Of a stretch of 64,000 bases of DNA, positions 37,231 through 48,629 are shown in pieces. The DNA comes from Stylophora pistillata. Lineage: Eukaryota. The stretch spans positions 651,098 through 715,097 of the forward strand of contig NW_019217809.1 of NCBI RefSeq assembly GCF_002571385.2. The letters run 5' to 3'. Position numbers and translations under genes: made by a program. Position 1 is the stretch's first letter, and each line of letters starts with the position of its first letter. Under the pieces are notes generated by a model. It did no database searches and was not told the DNA's origin. It saw only the letters and a program-made list of their open reading frames with translations.

Positions 37231-39732
37231 GTCCTAAATTCAGACACTTTTCTGGTCAGCATGAAACCTTTTTGAGACTGACACCAATTCAAGTACAAAT
37301 CCAACCTTGGTGTTTCTCTAGGTTTACATGGAGTAGGCTAAAACTATGTACGTTTGTAAAGTAAAATGCTCAAATGCAACTTCTGATATAAATGATATTC
37401 AATAGCAAATTGTATTTACCTTATTCTCGACCTTTCAGGTTCGAATATGAGTTACTTTCCGATTGGCTGTTTCAAGGACAAACACAGCAGTGAACGACCG
37501 TTAGAGAAACTGGTTGCAAATCTTCGTGGGGGCATTGACTGGTATCACATGGAGAAAACAATAAGGAAATGTGCCAAGGATGCTTGGAGTAAACACTATG
37601 ATGTCTTTGGAATCCAGTTCTACGGAGAATGTTGGTCGGGTGCCGAAGGCTATAAAACCTACGATAAGGATGGTTTTAATTTGCAAGGTTGTTGGGAAGG
37701 AGTGGGGAAGTCAAGTAATAACTATGTATACGCCTTCACTAGTAAGTGTTTCTGTCATCATCATCATTAGTATTATTGTTGTCACCATCATTATCGCCAT
37801 TATCAATATTTATTCTCATCTTTATTAATATTATCAACTGTCTATCTCTTTGTAGCGCTGTCGGTCTGCACATGAGCCTCAAAATCGTCAAAGGATGAAT
37901 ATTCACTCGGTTTAACGACATTTCGTCAAATCTGTCATTTTTGTTATTAGTACATTTCTGAACATAAGTGGAGATATGTGCTAATTTAAGCACTTTGCTA
38001 GTATGAACTAACTATTAAAAAATATACTTACCTAAGAATATTTATTCCCAGGCATGGTTACCCAGCCACGTGTTGATTGCATCTACACAGCAAATGGACA
38101 GATTGTCCCGGATGACAAATGCACTGCCTCAAGGCCTTCACCTAAAATGAAACGTTGCTCTGATGCGTGCAGGACTTAGGCAAAATACGAAAAAACAGTT
38201 CTCTTAAAGGAATAAGGCATGATAATCCAAAATACTCTAAGAGATAACATGGTGCATGCATTGTTAGTAGATTTACTCGAAGTTCACGGAAAAAATGGAA
38301 AACATTCAATAAGAATGACTTCAAGAGACGTTCTAATATTGTGATCAACATTATTCTTTTTCCTGCAGGTCGTTCCCGATGATAGAAGAATCCTAGAGGC
38401 CGCAAAGACAAGTTTGATCCAGTTCCATAATGATTGTTTCTTCAATGATATAATATTTTTTTTAGTTTTGTAAAATGGGAAATACCTGATAATAAACTGC
38501 GAATTAAGGTGTAACATTTCTGTGCCGGTCTTCGACTATTGATTACACCGTATGTCTTTTACTACGCTTTGTGATGGATCAGGCCGCTTTTCTTCTCCAA
38601 TCAGATGCAAAACTTACATCAGTCAAGAGTTTGTCTCTAGCGTTTAAACTCGATCATTTATATCGAATTGTCGCGATAATGCATGAACTTTGGTAGGGTC
38701 CACCTCGATGAAATAAGCAGCGAAATGAAAGGGTTAGTTGTAAAAAAATTTAACCGTCCAAATTTTCCTTTTGACCACAATGAAAAGATATTAAGATATT
38801 AAAGATATTAGCCGTAAATTAGCCTTAATTTTAACTGTTTAACCACGCAAAACGTCCTGCGGGCAGTATCACAACGAAGACTGCTTTTGCGTAAGCCTGC
38901 ATCAGCTGTTCCCAGGCCATCTCAACTGCGCAACCCTTGCAAGTTAAACTTTATAAAGGCTTTCAGAGAATTCAAATAATTACAAGAAAACAATAGGGAT
39001 ATAACAGGTGTGTCTAAAATGACACATGTTGGAACGTTAATCTAGTGTGGATGAGTTTTTTTCGGTTGAGTTGATACGTCCTTCGGTTTGGATTTCACAC
39101 AAAACTCTTTCCTTGCCTTATTCGTACTTGTCGCTTGCCGGATTAAAGAGAACTCGTGGTTACGAGACTTAAAATGTTAAAAGTTGTTAGCAACTGGTCA
39201 TGGATGACTTGCAAACCGTTATGAAAACCTCTAAAAATTCGGCGATTATTTCAAACAGCACTCAACCCTGACTGAACCCTAGAGCTTTGGCTGTTAAGTG
39301 GGCTCTTCTCTCAGGAGAAATTTCATGGCAATAAACTAAGATCATCCCCTTACCCGCTTATGTAATAGCACTATTTATAAACCATATCCGCTGTCAAACA
39401 AAAGGCTGATAGAAGGTTTTGACGACTAAAATAACTAATCAATGTGCTTACAGGTAATTTAGCGCTTGAGTAATCAATTACCTGCTGCCTAAGCAGTGCG
39501 TGCCAGATTTAACCAATGAGAAGCACGATTAGATCAAACACGCCATGAATTCACGCCACTTTGTCCAATACCAACTATTTCAAGCCCCTTTTTACACCAC
39601 TGTCACTGACTCTTGTTAATCAGTGATGACGAAATCTAGGAAATTTGACTACTTCAATTCAAGAGCTTGGTAGCTCTGAAGAAATTATCTGCAAAACGAA
39701 ACAATGAATGCTGCAAATATTCGTTCAACGAC

Positions 39733-41268
39733 ATGCCCAGGACAAAAAAAATTGTTGACAAAGCATGTTTTCCAAATGTTCTCCGCAACTGTTCGTTGAC
39801 TTCGTTAAAAAGGGTTTTTGACTTCTTCGTTGTCATGGTTTTAGTTATGGTGTCATTAACTTTGATCTACAGACCCGCCAAGATATTTCGCCGTCATAAA
39901 AGAACGTTCGCTTACCAAGACCCTGTTGCAGACATCGTACTGTCAAGCGATTTCTCGGACGATGGATTTTTTTTCGTTCCATTCGAAGAGAAGGAAAAAT
40001 ACCTGTCGTATGAGGCACCAGTAGGCAGTTGGAGTAAACAGCTTCAAGCCTTCGAGAACGCCGTCATAATATCGAAAATGCTTAACAGAACTTTACTCGC
40101 TAAACCTTTGGCCAGTGAATTAGAAATCAAGCGACTTTCGCAAGTAGTGAAACGCACTTTTCAGCCCCACTCAAAGGTCTATGACATTTTGGACACAAAA
40201 TTCACCGTTCCAGTTTCCTCCATACTGGATTTGAATCACTTATCGAAGCTGATCAGAGTTCAAAGTGTACCTCATCAACAGTTTATAAACAATTTTGAAA
40301 ACTTGTCACGGTTCGATGTTTGTCATCGCGACTCGGTGGGCTTCTGGGTCGATTTTGTACCAGCGGCAACTAATAAGAACGCATGGAAAGTCCTCGAAGC
40401 GCAAAACTTTGCTCCTTTGTCATTCTCTATTTCTGCAGTAGACCCAGCTTGTGATTTTGGACTAGAGGTCAAAAGTGATTCTCACCAGCCCAAACCTGTC
40501 ATTAGAGGTATCCTCTCCGAGTTAAGTCGCGTTAAGGAGGATTTGTTATATTTTCGGGCGGGATCCATGGCAACCACTGAAATACGATTTCTGTCCAAAA
40601 GACGGACAGCACTAGCGCAAGAATGGACGGATAACTACATTCGTTTCACTCGATATGTTCAGGAAAAGTTTCTGAGAATCATGGCTAAAATAAAACAGCC
40701 GTACAATGCAATGATGATATCTCGAAACGAGGAAGGAAATCTGAATAATACAATTTATTACAGATTAAGACAAATGGAAAAGATGAAGTTTCGTAACATA
40801 ACAAATGTCTTGTATATAATTACTCATGTAAATAACCTGACACATTTTGAACCATTGAGAACGCTGGGATATGAGATGTACTTATCTAGGGACTTAGTCC
40901 CTTCAGGGATAAGTTCATTCTTACGGCACGATGTGATAGAACTCTTTGGATTAGTAATTTGTAAATATGCTAGGCTATACGCAGGCTCGACGGAGCCGTA
41001 TCTCATTCGACGAGGTCGCATTCATGAGGCCGAAAGGAAAGATGGTCTACTTGTTGATCACGTGACTGTCAAGTGGGCGGGGCACACTGTCAAGAGAAGA
41101 CATCGTATCTTGCCGCCTCGCAACGTGACAAGCTACGGGCAGCTAAATTTGAGAACTCACAAGCCAAATTACATTTCTTGTACAGTTTGTAAATTCATGC
41201 ACAATACGCTCAGACACAAAATTTGCGTTCCAATAATGAGTGAATGTTCTAAGTTAAGACTTATTTAG
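39733..41268 (+). CDS. O-fucosyltransferase-family (GT-B, POFUT-like) type II membrane protein, degenerate catalytic motifs, single exon
   Basis: TM segment FDFFVVMVLVMVSLTLIY; YLSYEAPVGSWSKQLQAFENAVIISKMLNRTLL; colinear with the 51240-52799 paralogue. First ATG at 39733. Confidence 0.8.
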   Translation: MPRTKKIVDKACFPNVLRNCSLTSLKRVFDFFVVMVLVMVSLTLIYRPAKIFRRHKRTFAYQDPVADIVLSSDFSDDGFFFVPFEEKEKYLSYEAPVGSWSKQLQAFENAVIISKMLNRTLLAKPLASELEIKRLSQVVKRTFQPHSKVYDILDTKFTVPVSSILDLNHLSKLIRVQSVPHQQFINNFENLSRFDVCHRDSVGFWVDFVPAATNKNAWKVLEAQNFAPLSFSISAVDPACDFGLEVKSDSHQPKPVIRGILSELSRVKEDLLYFRAGSMATTEIRFLSKRRTALAQEWTDNYIRFTRYVQEKFLRIMAKIKQPYNAMMISRNEEGNLNNTIYYRLRQMEKMKFRNITNVLYIITHVNNLTHFEPLRTLGYEMYLSRDLVPSGISSFLRHDVIELFGLVICKYARLYAGSTEPYLIRRGRIHEAERKDGLLVDHVTVKWAGHTVKRRHRILPPRNVTSYGQLNLRTHKPNYISCTVCKFMHNTLRHKICVPIMSECSKLRLI

Positions 41269-41289
41269 AATAAAATTGTTTAATAAAGA

Positions 41290-42295
41290 TATAAACCGAC
41301 GTTTCGGTGTCATCATGACGCCATTGTCAAGGAGAAATAAAAATAAAGTTTGTGGCAAGGTGTAACACTAAATTAGCATAAATATGTTACGAGCTAATTA
41401 AACAAATACTTTTGCGCGAATTGAATCGCTTTGCACGTTCAGAGTGGGTTTTAAGTCTCTGATGAAAAGAATTTCGTTCACCAAACAATCGAACTTGTTA
41501 CTACACTTTTTCAGAATGCTAAAACGTTTCAGTAGGTCTTTCGGGACTTCGCTGTGCCGTTCGTGGTAGTGTTTAGATATTGAAGATGCCTTTCGTTTAT
41601 GTCCATCCACGCGTGTGTGTAAGTGTCCGCGTGTATAGCCCACATAACCCGCATCACACAGGTCACATTGAAATTGATAAACGACGCGTTGTTGGTTGAC
41701 AATCTGTGGCTTGATTTCTCGTACTTTAAGATCTTGGCCAACTTTGCGGCTAACAAATACTGGCTGGACAGTTGTCTGCACCTTCATGCTAAGATTCTTG
41801 AGCTCTTCCTTAACATAATTTGCTGATTCCTGATCTTTGAAAGGTATGACCACACGAACAATGGATATTGGTTCTTTGGGCGTCTGTGTGGGCTGCGTAC
41901 CAACAATTCTTGATTGTAAGAAGGTGTTAATGGTAGAATTTACCAGGCGTTCCGGGTATTTAAGCCGTGCGAAAACTTTCTTTAGGCGATCACACTCATC
42001 AGAGAAATGGGCCCAGGAGGAAGATAATCGGTGTGCACACTTATCGTTCACGATTGTTTGGTGAACGAAATGCTTTTCATCAGAGACTTAAAACCCACTC
42101 TGAACGTGCAAAGCGATTCAATTCGCGCAAAAGTATTTGTTTAATTAGCTCGTAACATATTTATGCTAATTTAGTGTTACGCCTTGCCACAAACTTTATT
42201 TTTATTTCTCCTTGACAATGGCGTCATGATGACACCGAAACGTCGGTTTTTATCGTTAGTTTTTGCTAGTCTTTGCATTTCTAAATCTTTATTGA
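41290..42295 (-). mobile_element. 5'-truncated Penelope-like retroelement with inverted ~200-bp pseudo-LTRs; partial ORF 41398-42051 (RT thumb plus GIY-YIG endonuclease)
   Basis: VVYQFQCDLCDAGYVGYT.GHLHTR..GH and EILFIRDLKPTLN GIY-YIG motifs. 41293-41491 is the inverted copy of 42051-42249 (2 mismatches seen). Candidate TSD TAATAAAGA at 41281-41289 and 42296-42304. Confidence 0.88.
42209..42248 (+). ncRNA. Minimal hammerhead-ribozyme-like motif of the Penelope pLTR (mirror copy on minus strand at 41293-41333)
   Basis: CC TTGACAA T GGCGTCA TGA TGACACC GAAAC GTC GG: core with U3-A8 instead of C3-G8, stem II, GAAA, palindromic ACGT stem III, GUC site. Confidence 0.55.
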
Positions 42296-43333
42296 TAATA
42301 AAGAGATGTTTTTCTAAGTTGGTTGAAGCGCCACGCTGTCATACAATGGAAGGATATTCTTTATAATCTGTGAGATCTTAACTTTCTTTTTATTTTAAAA
42401 CAGGAATTCTTTCGTGGAGAAAATTTGTTAAGCGAGATGACAATTGTACAAAATTATTGCTTTATTAATAACAATCTAGAAAACTCTGGTGACTATCTAA
42501 TCCTCAAAGGATACTGAACATTTGAAGTGTTTTCCTCTTACCCATCCCCCTACCCCCCCGGCTCGTGCTTCATACATAGTTCAAGGCTCGCATAGCCAAA
42601 TTTTGAGTAGGGAGGGGACGGGGTTTAAGGACGAACACGTAAGCTTCAACAAAGGGAGAGAAAGGTGTGCCAAATATTGGTTACCTTGGTGTGATCTTCA
42701 GCCTCTATTTGCATCCAATGTGCACTGATTTTCTTTGTACTAACAAAAGTTTCATGAAACTATTGTTTTCCAGGCTGACAGACTGAACCTTTCACGATCC
42801 TCATGCATGATTAGGGTGATCCTTCAGTGATCTAAGATAATATCCAATAACGTGCTTCGAATTTGGTCATGTGACTTGGACGTCGCAGGTGGCATCCCGT
42901 CGTTCTCTACCAAAACATTTGGTCAACATTTTTTGGGGCACGTGACATTAATCTAGGGAGCCCAGATAACTTAAATCAAGAAATCACTTGAGATGAACCC
43001 AGTTCAGCCAAAGGCTCATACACGTGAGTTTCAGTCTCCTAGCTCAACTTTCTCGTAAATACGTGATATTGACCATAGGGGCATTTCAAAGTGGCTAATG
43101 ATGAAAATAACATGCACTTGATCAACCTTGGTTCTTTGAACAGATTTTACGATTCTATATCAAAAAGGGAAGTACGTAAGGCGACTGTTCCACTTTATCT
43201 CTGCACTCTTCCACTCTAAGTGAATTTTGTCAAAATATATTTCCGCAGCATTCAAAATCATTCCTATTTGATCTAGTAAAATGAGACCCACATTCCAAAC
43301 TCCGTTAAACGAACTTTTCCAGACAAAAATATC

Positions 43334-45484
43334 TTAGAAATGAAAACCGGGAACAAAACATCCCACCACGGTAAAAATTAAAAAGACTCTTGAAATTATG
43401 AAATAAATTGATTCTGAGGTCGATATCCTAATACTGTGCGCATTGTTTCTGTGGGTCGGTCTTTCTCCCTCAACAAACGCGATCCCTTCGGAAGAACTCC
43501 TCAATTCCTGTGGGCAGCCCTTATGGGTGCCGCAGAATTCTTCACAAGAAGGACAAATCAGTGATCCGTTTATCTTCCAGTCGTTCAGGGAGCCGACGAT
43601 TTCAAGAAGTTGTCCCTTGCGATGACAGGTGTAAAACTCGCCCCCAACCTCCACCTGTAATCCTCCATCGCAATGGAACCTATAGCATCCGCTTCCCCAG
43701 TCAACCATTGTTCTCGTTAAAAATCCTTTCTTGGCCAACCATGCGCGACCTTGCTCGACGCACTTCGCGTCTGAACCGTAATGCTCTAAAGCGTAGTTAT
43801 CAAGGCGGGCCGGTGCGTTCTCTGGTACCGTGCACGTCGTTTCACGTTTCGCGCCATCCGTTTCAGTTAGAGTAAATTTCTGATAGAACGGGCAGTAGTC
43901 TGCTAATGGAACAGCGCCACCGTACCATGCCGTGTCTCGAATAACCACGCCGCGCGCGCTGCCGAGTTCTCCCCAGCCTGCGTTTGTTTCGCTGATTGGT
44001 AGATGATTAAAATACTGATATTCCTCTGGTATGGCCCGGCTGTACTTACGAAGGTTACACAAAGCTACCGACAGCTTGCTGTGGGTACACCTCATGTGCA
44101 GTGGAGTTTTCTTGATGGTGTAGCAGAAAGGCACCGCATGCTGCTTTTCTCGCAAATGTTTCTCCATCCATGTTTTACAGCTCGCTTTGGTAAAAAGACA
44201 ACCAAGTCCCTTTCCCCAATCGAGCTCATCCGCCAGGCTGTAATTTGGTTTGTACCAGCCTGTATCTTCCATAAGAGCAAAGGTTATCCTCGAGAAAACA
44301 GGATTTTGCGTGTAAGTCCCTGTCATGGCTTCATTCTCAAATAAACGCTTTTCCCAGTGAGTGTATTCTGTTCCTATACCACCCTGGTTCTCAATTTCGG
44401 CTCCTTCTAAACTCGGGCAGTTAAAATGCCTTCGTACCTCTCGCTTTACTCGTGGCGTCACAATCATGTGTACCTGATGAGAAACGTCTCCATGCCGCGT
44501 CGCCCAATGCGTTCTTTCCATCCTTTGGACTATTTTGGAGCTCCATTGATACAAACCGAATTTCTCGTTATACGGAGGTAGACCGTGTTTTTCTCTCGGC
44601 GTGTATGGCACGCCGTTCTCATTTCTGTAAAACGCGAAAAGTCCCGCGCTAAATCCCAGGGCGTGGAATATTTCATGCTTTACGGTGGACAGCAAATTTG
44701 GGTAGTGTCTGGGATCCGTGTCTAAGCGTTTAGGGCAAATATTTGCAAACCCAGCAACAGGTCTGTCTAGTGCATGCTCCTGCTGACAGTAAGACGCGTA
44801 TGCTACCGCGTTTGCCGCATTGCAGTGGTCCGTTTGGATGCAAGACACATACAGTATAAAATCACGTGACTCTACACCCATTCCAGACTCCCACTCCTCA
44901 CCAGGGACATTGAAACATTTGACGCCATCCTCGTCACACACGCGACATTGATCAAGGTGGTCAGCAGGCACATTCACAGGCCCGCACTGCGTGTTAACAC
45001 AATTTAGCTTACAAAACTGAATATCGCCCGCAGAGTCTCCTTTGTGGTTCTTAAGGAAGTAAGCATTATTTTGACACGTCCGCTGTAATTTTATAGCTTG
45101 TTTAGTCGGCTTTACGCTGAAAGCTTCATGGAAATAATCCACTGCCTCAGGGATGAGTTTTCCTGTAATTAAACCGTACTTTTCTTCATCCAAATCCCCA
45201 ATGCTGTCGTCATATACAACTTCGAAGCGCATTTTCTGCGAAAATGTTTGTCGTTTGACAATGTGTGCTGGTCCAACGTGGACAAAGTGGTTCATTTCGT
45301 GTCTCTTTGGTATCCAATGATGCGCATGCGCCACAGGTTTCATTAAGCATAGGGCATATAAAGTACAAAGGATCAGCAGTCTATCAAATGATATCCTTTT
45401 CTTGTTCTGCCTCGACCTGTGTATTACTCCAGTTCTCGCGCTAAAACAGTGGACGCAATCTACATTTAAAAATAACACATACAA
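43334..45484 (-). CDS. LMLN: Leishmanolysin-like peptidase (invadolysin, M8 family); catalytic region in one exon; true start uncertain
   Basis: HEIFHALGFS zinc motif, AYASYCQQE..LDRPVAG, EIENQGG.GT..THWEKRLFENEAMTG, LADYCPF, hydrophobic C-terminal GPI-like tail. The ORF starts at TTG; splice acceptors near 45460 and 45440 suggest an upstream exon. Confidence 0.9.
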   Translation of the reverse strand: MYVLFLNVDCVHCFSARTGVIHRSRQNKKRISFDRLLILCTLYALCLMKPVAHAHHWIPKRHEMNHFVHVGPAHIVKRQTFSQKMRFEVVYDDSIGDLDEEKYGLITGKLIPEAVDYFHEAFSVKPTKQAIKLQRTCQNNAYFLKNHKGDSAGDIQFCKLNCVNTQCGPVNVPADHLDQCRVCDEDGVKCFNVPGEEWESGMGVESRDFILYVSCIQTDHCNAANAVAYASYCQQEHALDRPVAGFANICPKRLDTDPRHYPNLLSTVKHEIFHALGFSAGLFAFYRNENGVPYTPREKHGLPPYNEKFGLYQWSSKIVQRMERTHWATRHGDVSHQVHMIVTPRVKREVRRHFNCPSLEGAEIENQGGIGTEYTHWEKRLFENEAMTGTYTQNPVFSRITFALMEDTGWYKPNYSLADELDWGKGLGCLFTKASCKTWMEKHLREKQHAVPFCYTIKKTPLHMRCTHSKLSVALCNLRKYSRAIPEEYQYFNHLPISETNAGWGELGSARGVVIRDTAWYGGAVPLADYCPFYQKFTLTETDGAKRETTCTVPENAPARLDNYALEHYGSDAKCVEQGRAWLAKKGFLTRTMVDWGSGCYRFHCDGGLQVEVGGEFYTCHRKGQLLEIVGSLNDWKINGSLICPSCEEFCGTHKGCPQELRSSSEGIAFVEGERPTHRNNAHSIRISTSESIYFIISRVFLIFTVVGCFVPGFHF

Positions 45485-48347
45485 AAGCTTTTAGTGTATG
45501 AAACCCTCAGCGAAACCGTTTCAGTATGTTCAAATTTTGTGTGATTTTAAAGTATCATTTAGTATTCATTTGCATATTGTTAACTTTTTCCCGTGCCATA
45601 AAGAACCATCATCTTCAAGATAGCTCATTTTTTAGAAAACTGCGTTTGATTTTACTTTTAAAAGACATCGTTTGTATCAAGAGAACTTAAAAGATAGACG
45701 TATGTTGTAGAGAAAAAAATAACAAAAGAAAAAGAAAATCACATGATATATCGTTTTTAAATTCAACTAACCACAATGCATGGTATAGACCGTGGACACA
45801 ACATCTCTTTACTCATGAGTTATTGTCGCTCATAAACCGTGAATAAAAAAGGATAAGGAAAAAAATGAACGAAAGTAACTATTGCTAAAACTTAAACATT
45901 GATCTTATATGTAAACAACGTATGAACACACAAAGCTTAAATCCGTCGCTTAACAAATTAAAGTGAACAATACGTTGTTATTATGAGTACATTTTACTGA
46001 CAATAGAGATGTTTCAGTATTTTCTTTGCTTGTTGAGGTAGACAGATTGTAACGAATTGACTTTGACCGAAAATGAAGAATTTTCATCTAAAACTTAATA
46101 AAAGATGCAGAAATAATGTTGTGATAACTTAAGAGTCGACACCTGAATGAGCGGGCCAGGGCTAAAATTAATTAAGTCCAGCCTTACTGATTGTTCCATA
46201 AAACCACATGTAAACTATTGTACTAACAACCACGAAAGCGACACAAATCACCCTAGATAACACACCTTTTTTCGCCATCATTTTCGGTGGTAATTTCGAT
46301 CGTTAAAAGCATGGAAACTTAAATGATCTTTTGTTATTTCCATTAGAGCAATTGTTCCCCTGTTTTAAGGTACGTGGATACGAGCGAAGCCTTAACAGGT
46401 GGTGTCAGTGTGTCTCGATAGGTGGTCACAATGTTTCCAATCTCAGAAATGATGAAATAAATTAAATATTCTACAAATATAAATTTTCATTTTAGGATCT
46501 CTTTGTATGAAATTTTTAAACAAAGCAATCTTACTTTCAGAATCTCGCCACTAAACTCACTCTTTCTGCAAATATTTCACTTAAGAGGGAGGATCAGTCT
46601 TATTACTGAGACGACAGCTACTGCTACCAAGATCTCGGTAACCATGCAAGCTAAAAGTGCTCCCGTATGATAACTCTGATTCAGCCAAACTGAATTCCCA
46701 GGATATGTATCGTTCAACTCTTTAAGTGAGCTTTCATATTTTATTCTAACCTTGTAATGATTTGGCTGAAATATTAGCTGAGTAGCCGTGGAAGAGTTAT
46801 CTTAGCCTGATAGTAAATGAAACAAAATTAGTTCCTTAACAAGGCCATGTTGCCTGGTTACCTCGCTCGAATACGTTGTTCCTTAAATGTAATGCTTTCT
46901 TTTACCTCGTTCAGGATATTTTTTCAACTTCGATGCGATAAGAAAGAAAAAAACGCTCACCACTAAACTGTAGCTTCTATTTAATCGATCATAAACCATA
47001 TGCATTGACTTTGCTTAATCGACCTTGTTTAGGACTAAAGTAAACATGACCTGTTTCTTTCAACGAACAATTGAAAACACTGGAAAATTAGATCTATTTC
47101 CTATTCAAGAGGCTATTCTGTAAAACAAACGTGTAACTCTTGGATTCCAAACTTGGCATCGTATCATTTGCATTTTCCCTGTTGACATACAACTGCTTTC
47201 TTAGTTAAGCTCCCTACTGCCCCCAGTGTAATCCTCAAACACATGCATGTCAGTGTCATTTGCCCCCTAGATTGCTGCAGCGCCAGCAGTATACGCCGAT
47301 TGGCTAAGATCCCTCGATGGTCCGTTTGAGATCCATCAAGATCCACTAAAGACAAAGCTAGGAGAACGGGTCCAAACCCTATATAAATCCTTTCTGAGGG
47401 TATCGCAGTCAAGTTATATTTAGATAACACCCCTTCCTTAAAATACGGGGAAGATCAAGAAAAAAATTAAAAAGCAAGTTTATGTGTACATCGAGCTCTG
47501 CTGGCGGATGAATAGAGAGTCTTTCAGGGAATTTCTTTGACAGGTGAGTTTCTTTTGATGTTTTGGCCATTTTGTATCTCACGAGCATATAGCTTCTCTA
47601 TTATTATTAAATGCGGTTCTATTTTCATCAAATGCGAACAATTTTGTCGAAACAAGTTTAAGCCTTTCGAGGGAATTTGAAGCAACTTCTGCAAATTTCC
47701 CTCCCGTTCAACTATAAAAATTATCGATAAGTGCCACCTTGTTTATAGGAATCGCTTATTGCCCCGAGAAACAATAAAATTTAAAAGACGCAGCAAACTG
47801 ACAACAGGAAAAATGTGTCTCCAAGATTGAAAATAGCAGGTTGCAAGACAAGGACGTTACCTTCTCTTCATTTCATTGGTTCAATCGATTACAGGTAATG
47901 ATTCTGTCAGCATCCGTGGTTATTCACCCATGAAAAGTACAGAGATCCTAACATCCTTACTATTTCGTTAATTTGTAAAATATTGGTACCTTACTCAACA
48001 ATGTGGATACCACAAAAACCTCACTGACTTTAGAAACTTTCCAACCCTAGTGTTAAGATGACCTGTGCGTCACCATTATCGAACAAAATATAATTTCCGT
48101 GACCTCACAATGTTGAGCGGTGCAAGCATATTTCTATTATTACCTGCTTATAATATCCTTGTCTTCCTCGTAACGCTGGTTAATCGTTTTGTTCACTTGG
48201 AAATTGGTTTCACGTTGTCGTCTTCAATCCGAATCTGACTGTTAAGACATAAAGCGCACTGTTAACTTCATGTGCTATTATGAATCCGAGAAATCCACAA
48301 AGACCATGGTTCAAGGTTATGTTTGTGATGGAGTTCGCGTTGCTTAC

Positions 48348-48490
48348 CAATTATCTTTTTCTTTGCTTCTTTCCACGACCGTCATAGAGTAATAATCAAA
48401 CCAGCAGGAGCAGCATCCTAAAGTGATGATAATTGTAAAAAATAACACAAAAAGTGCAAAACAGAGATTTAGCGAGGCGCAAAAGACCAT
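48348..48490 (-). CDS. Candidate upstream exon (MVFCASLNLCFALFVLFFTIIITLGCCSCW...), possibly LMLN exon 1
   Basis: ATG, hydrophobic stretch and GTAAGC donor in phase 2, matching the phase-2 acceptor before 45440. No homology support. Confidence 0.3.
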
Positions 48491-48629
48491 CTCTTTGCGC
48501 CGTTCTCATGTTCCCAGGCTATGAGATCATGGGAACACCACCTCACATGTTTACATTTAATGACGTAATTAACAGAATAACCCGCTATCTCTGGATGGCA
48601 GACAAGCTGACTACCGCTGGCATGGTTTT

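Larger units (their letters stand above)
25853..38179 (+). pseudogene. ADAMTS-like metalloprotease gene (signal, prodomain, M12B domain, disintegrin-like, TSR, Cys-rich, spacer, TSRs, WSC-like insert) with two in-frame stops
   Basis: Exons 25853-25903, 26659-26746, 26839-27125, 27492-27651, 28000-28181 (furin RMKR), 28516-28599, 28715-28848, 29158-29192, 29750-29852, 30053-30181 (HDMAHNIGLGHD across the junction, Met-turn), 30437-30569 (TGA 30519-30521), 31414-31509, 31608-31753 ([15 protein letters not shown]), 31849-31915, 32165-32249, 32640-32767 (DGTRC), 33205-33328 (VGCD; TAA 33304-33306), 33742-33831 (IPKGATNV), 34408-34577, 35011-35140, 35610-35736, 36198-36405, 36485-36671, 37439-37741, 38052-38179. 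All phases are consistent. Confidence 0.85.
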
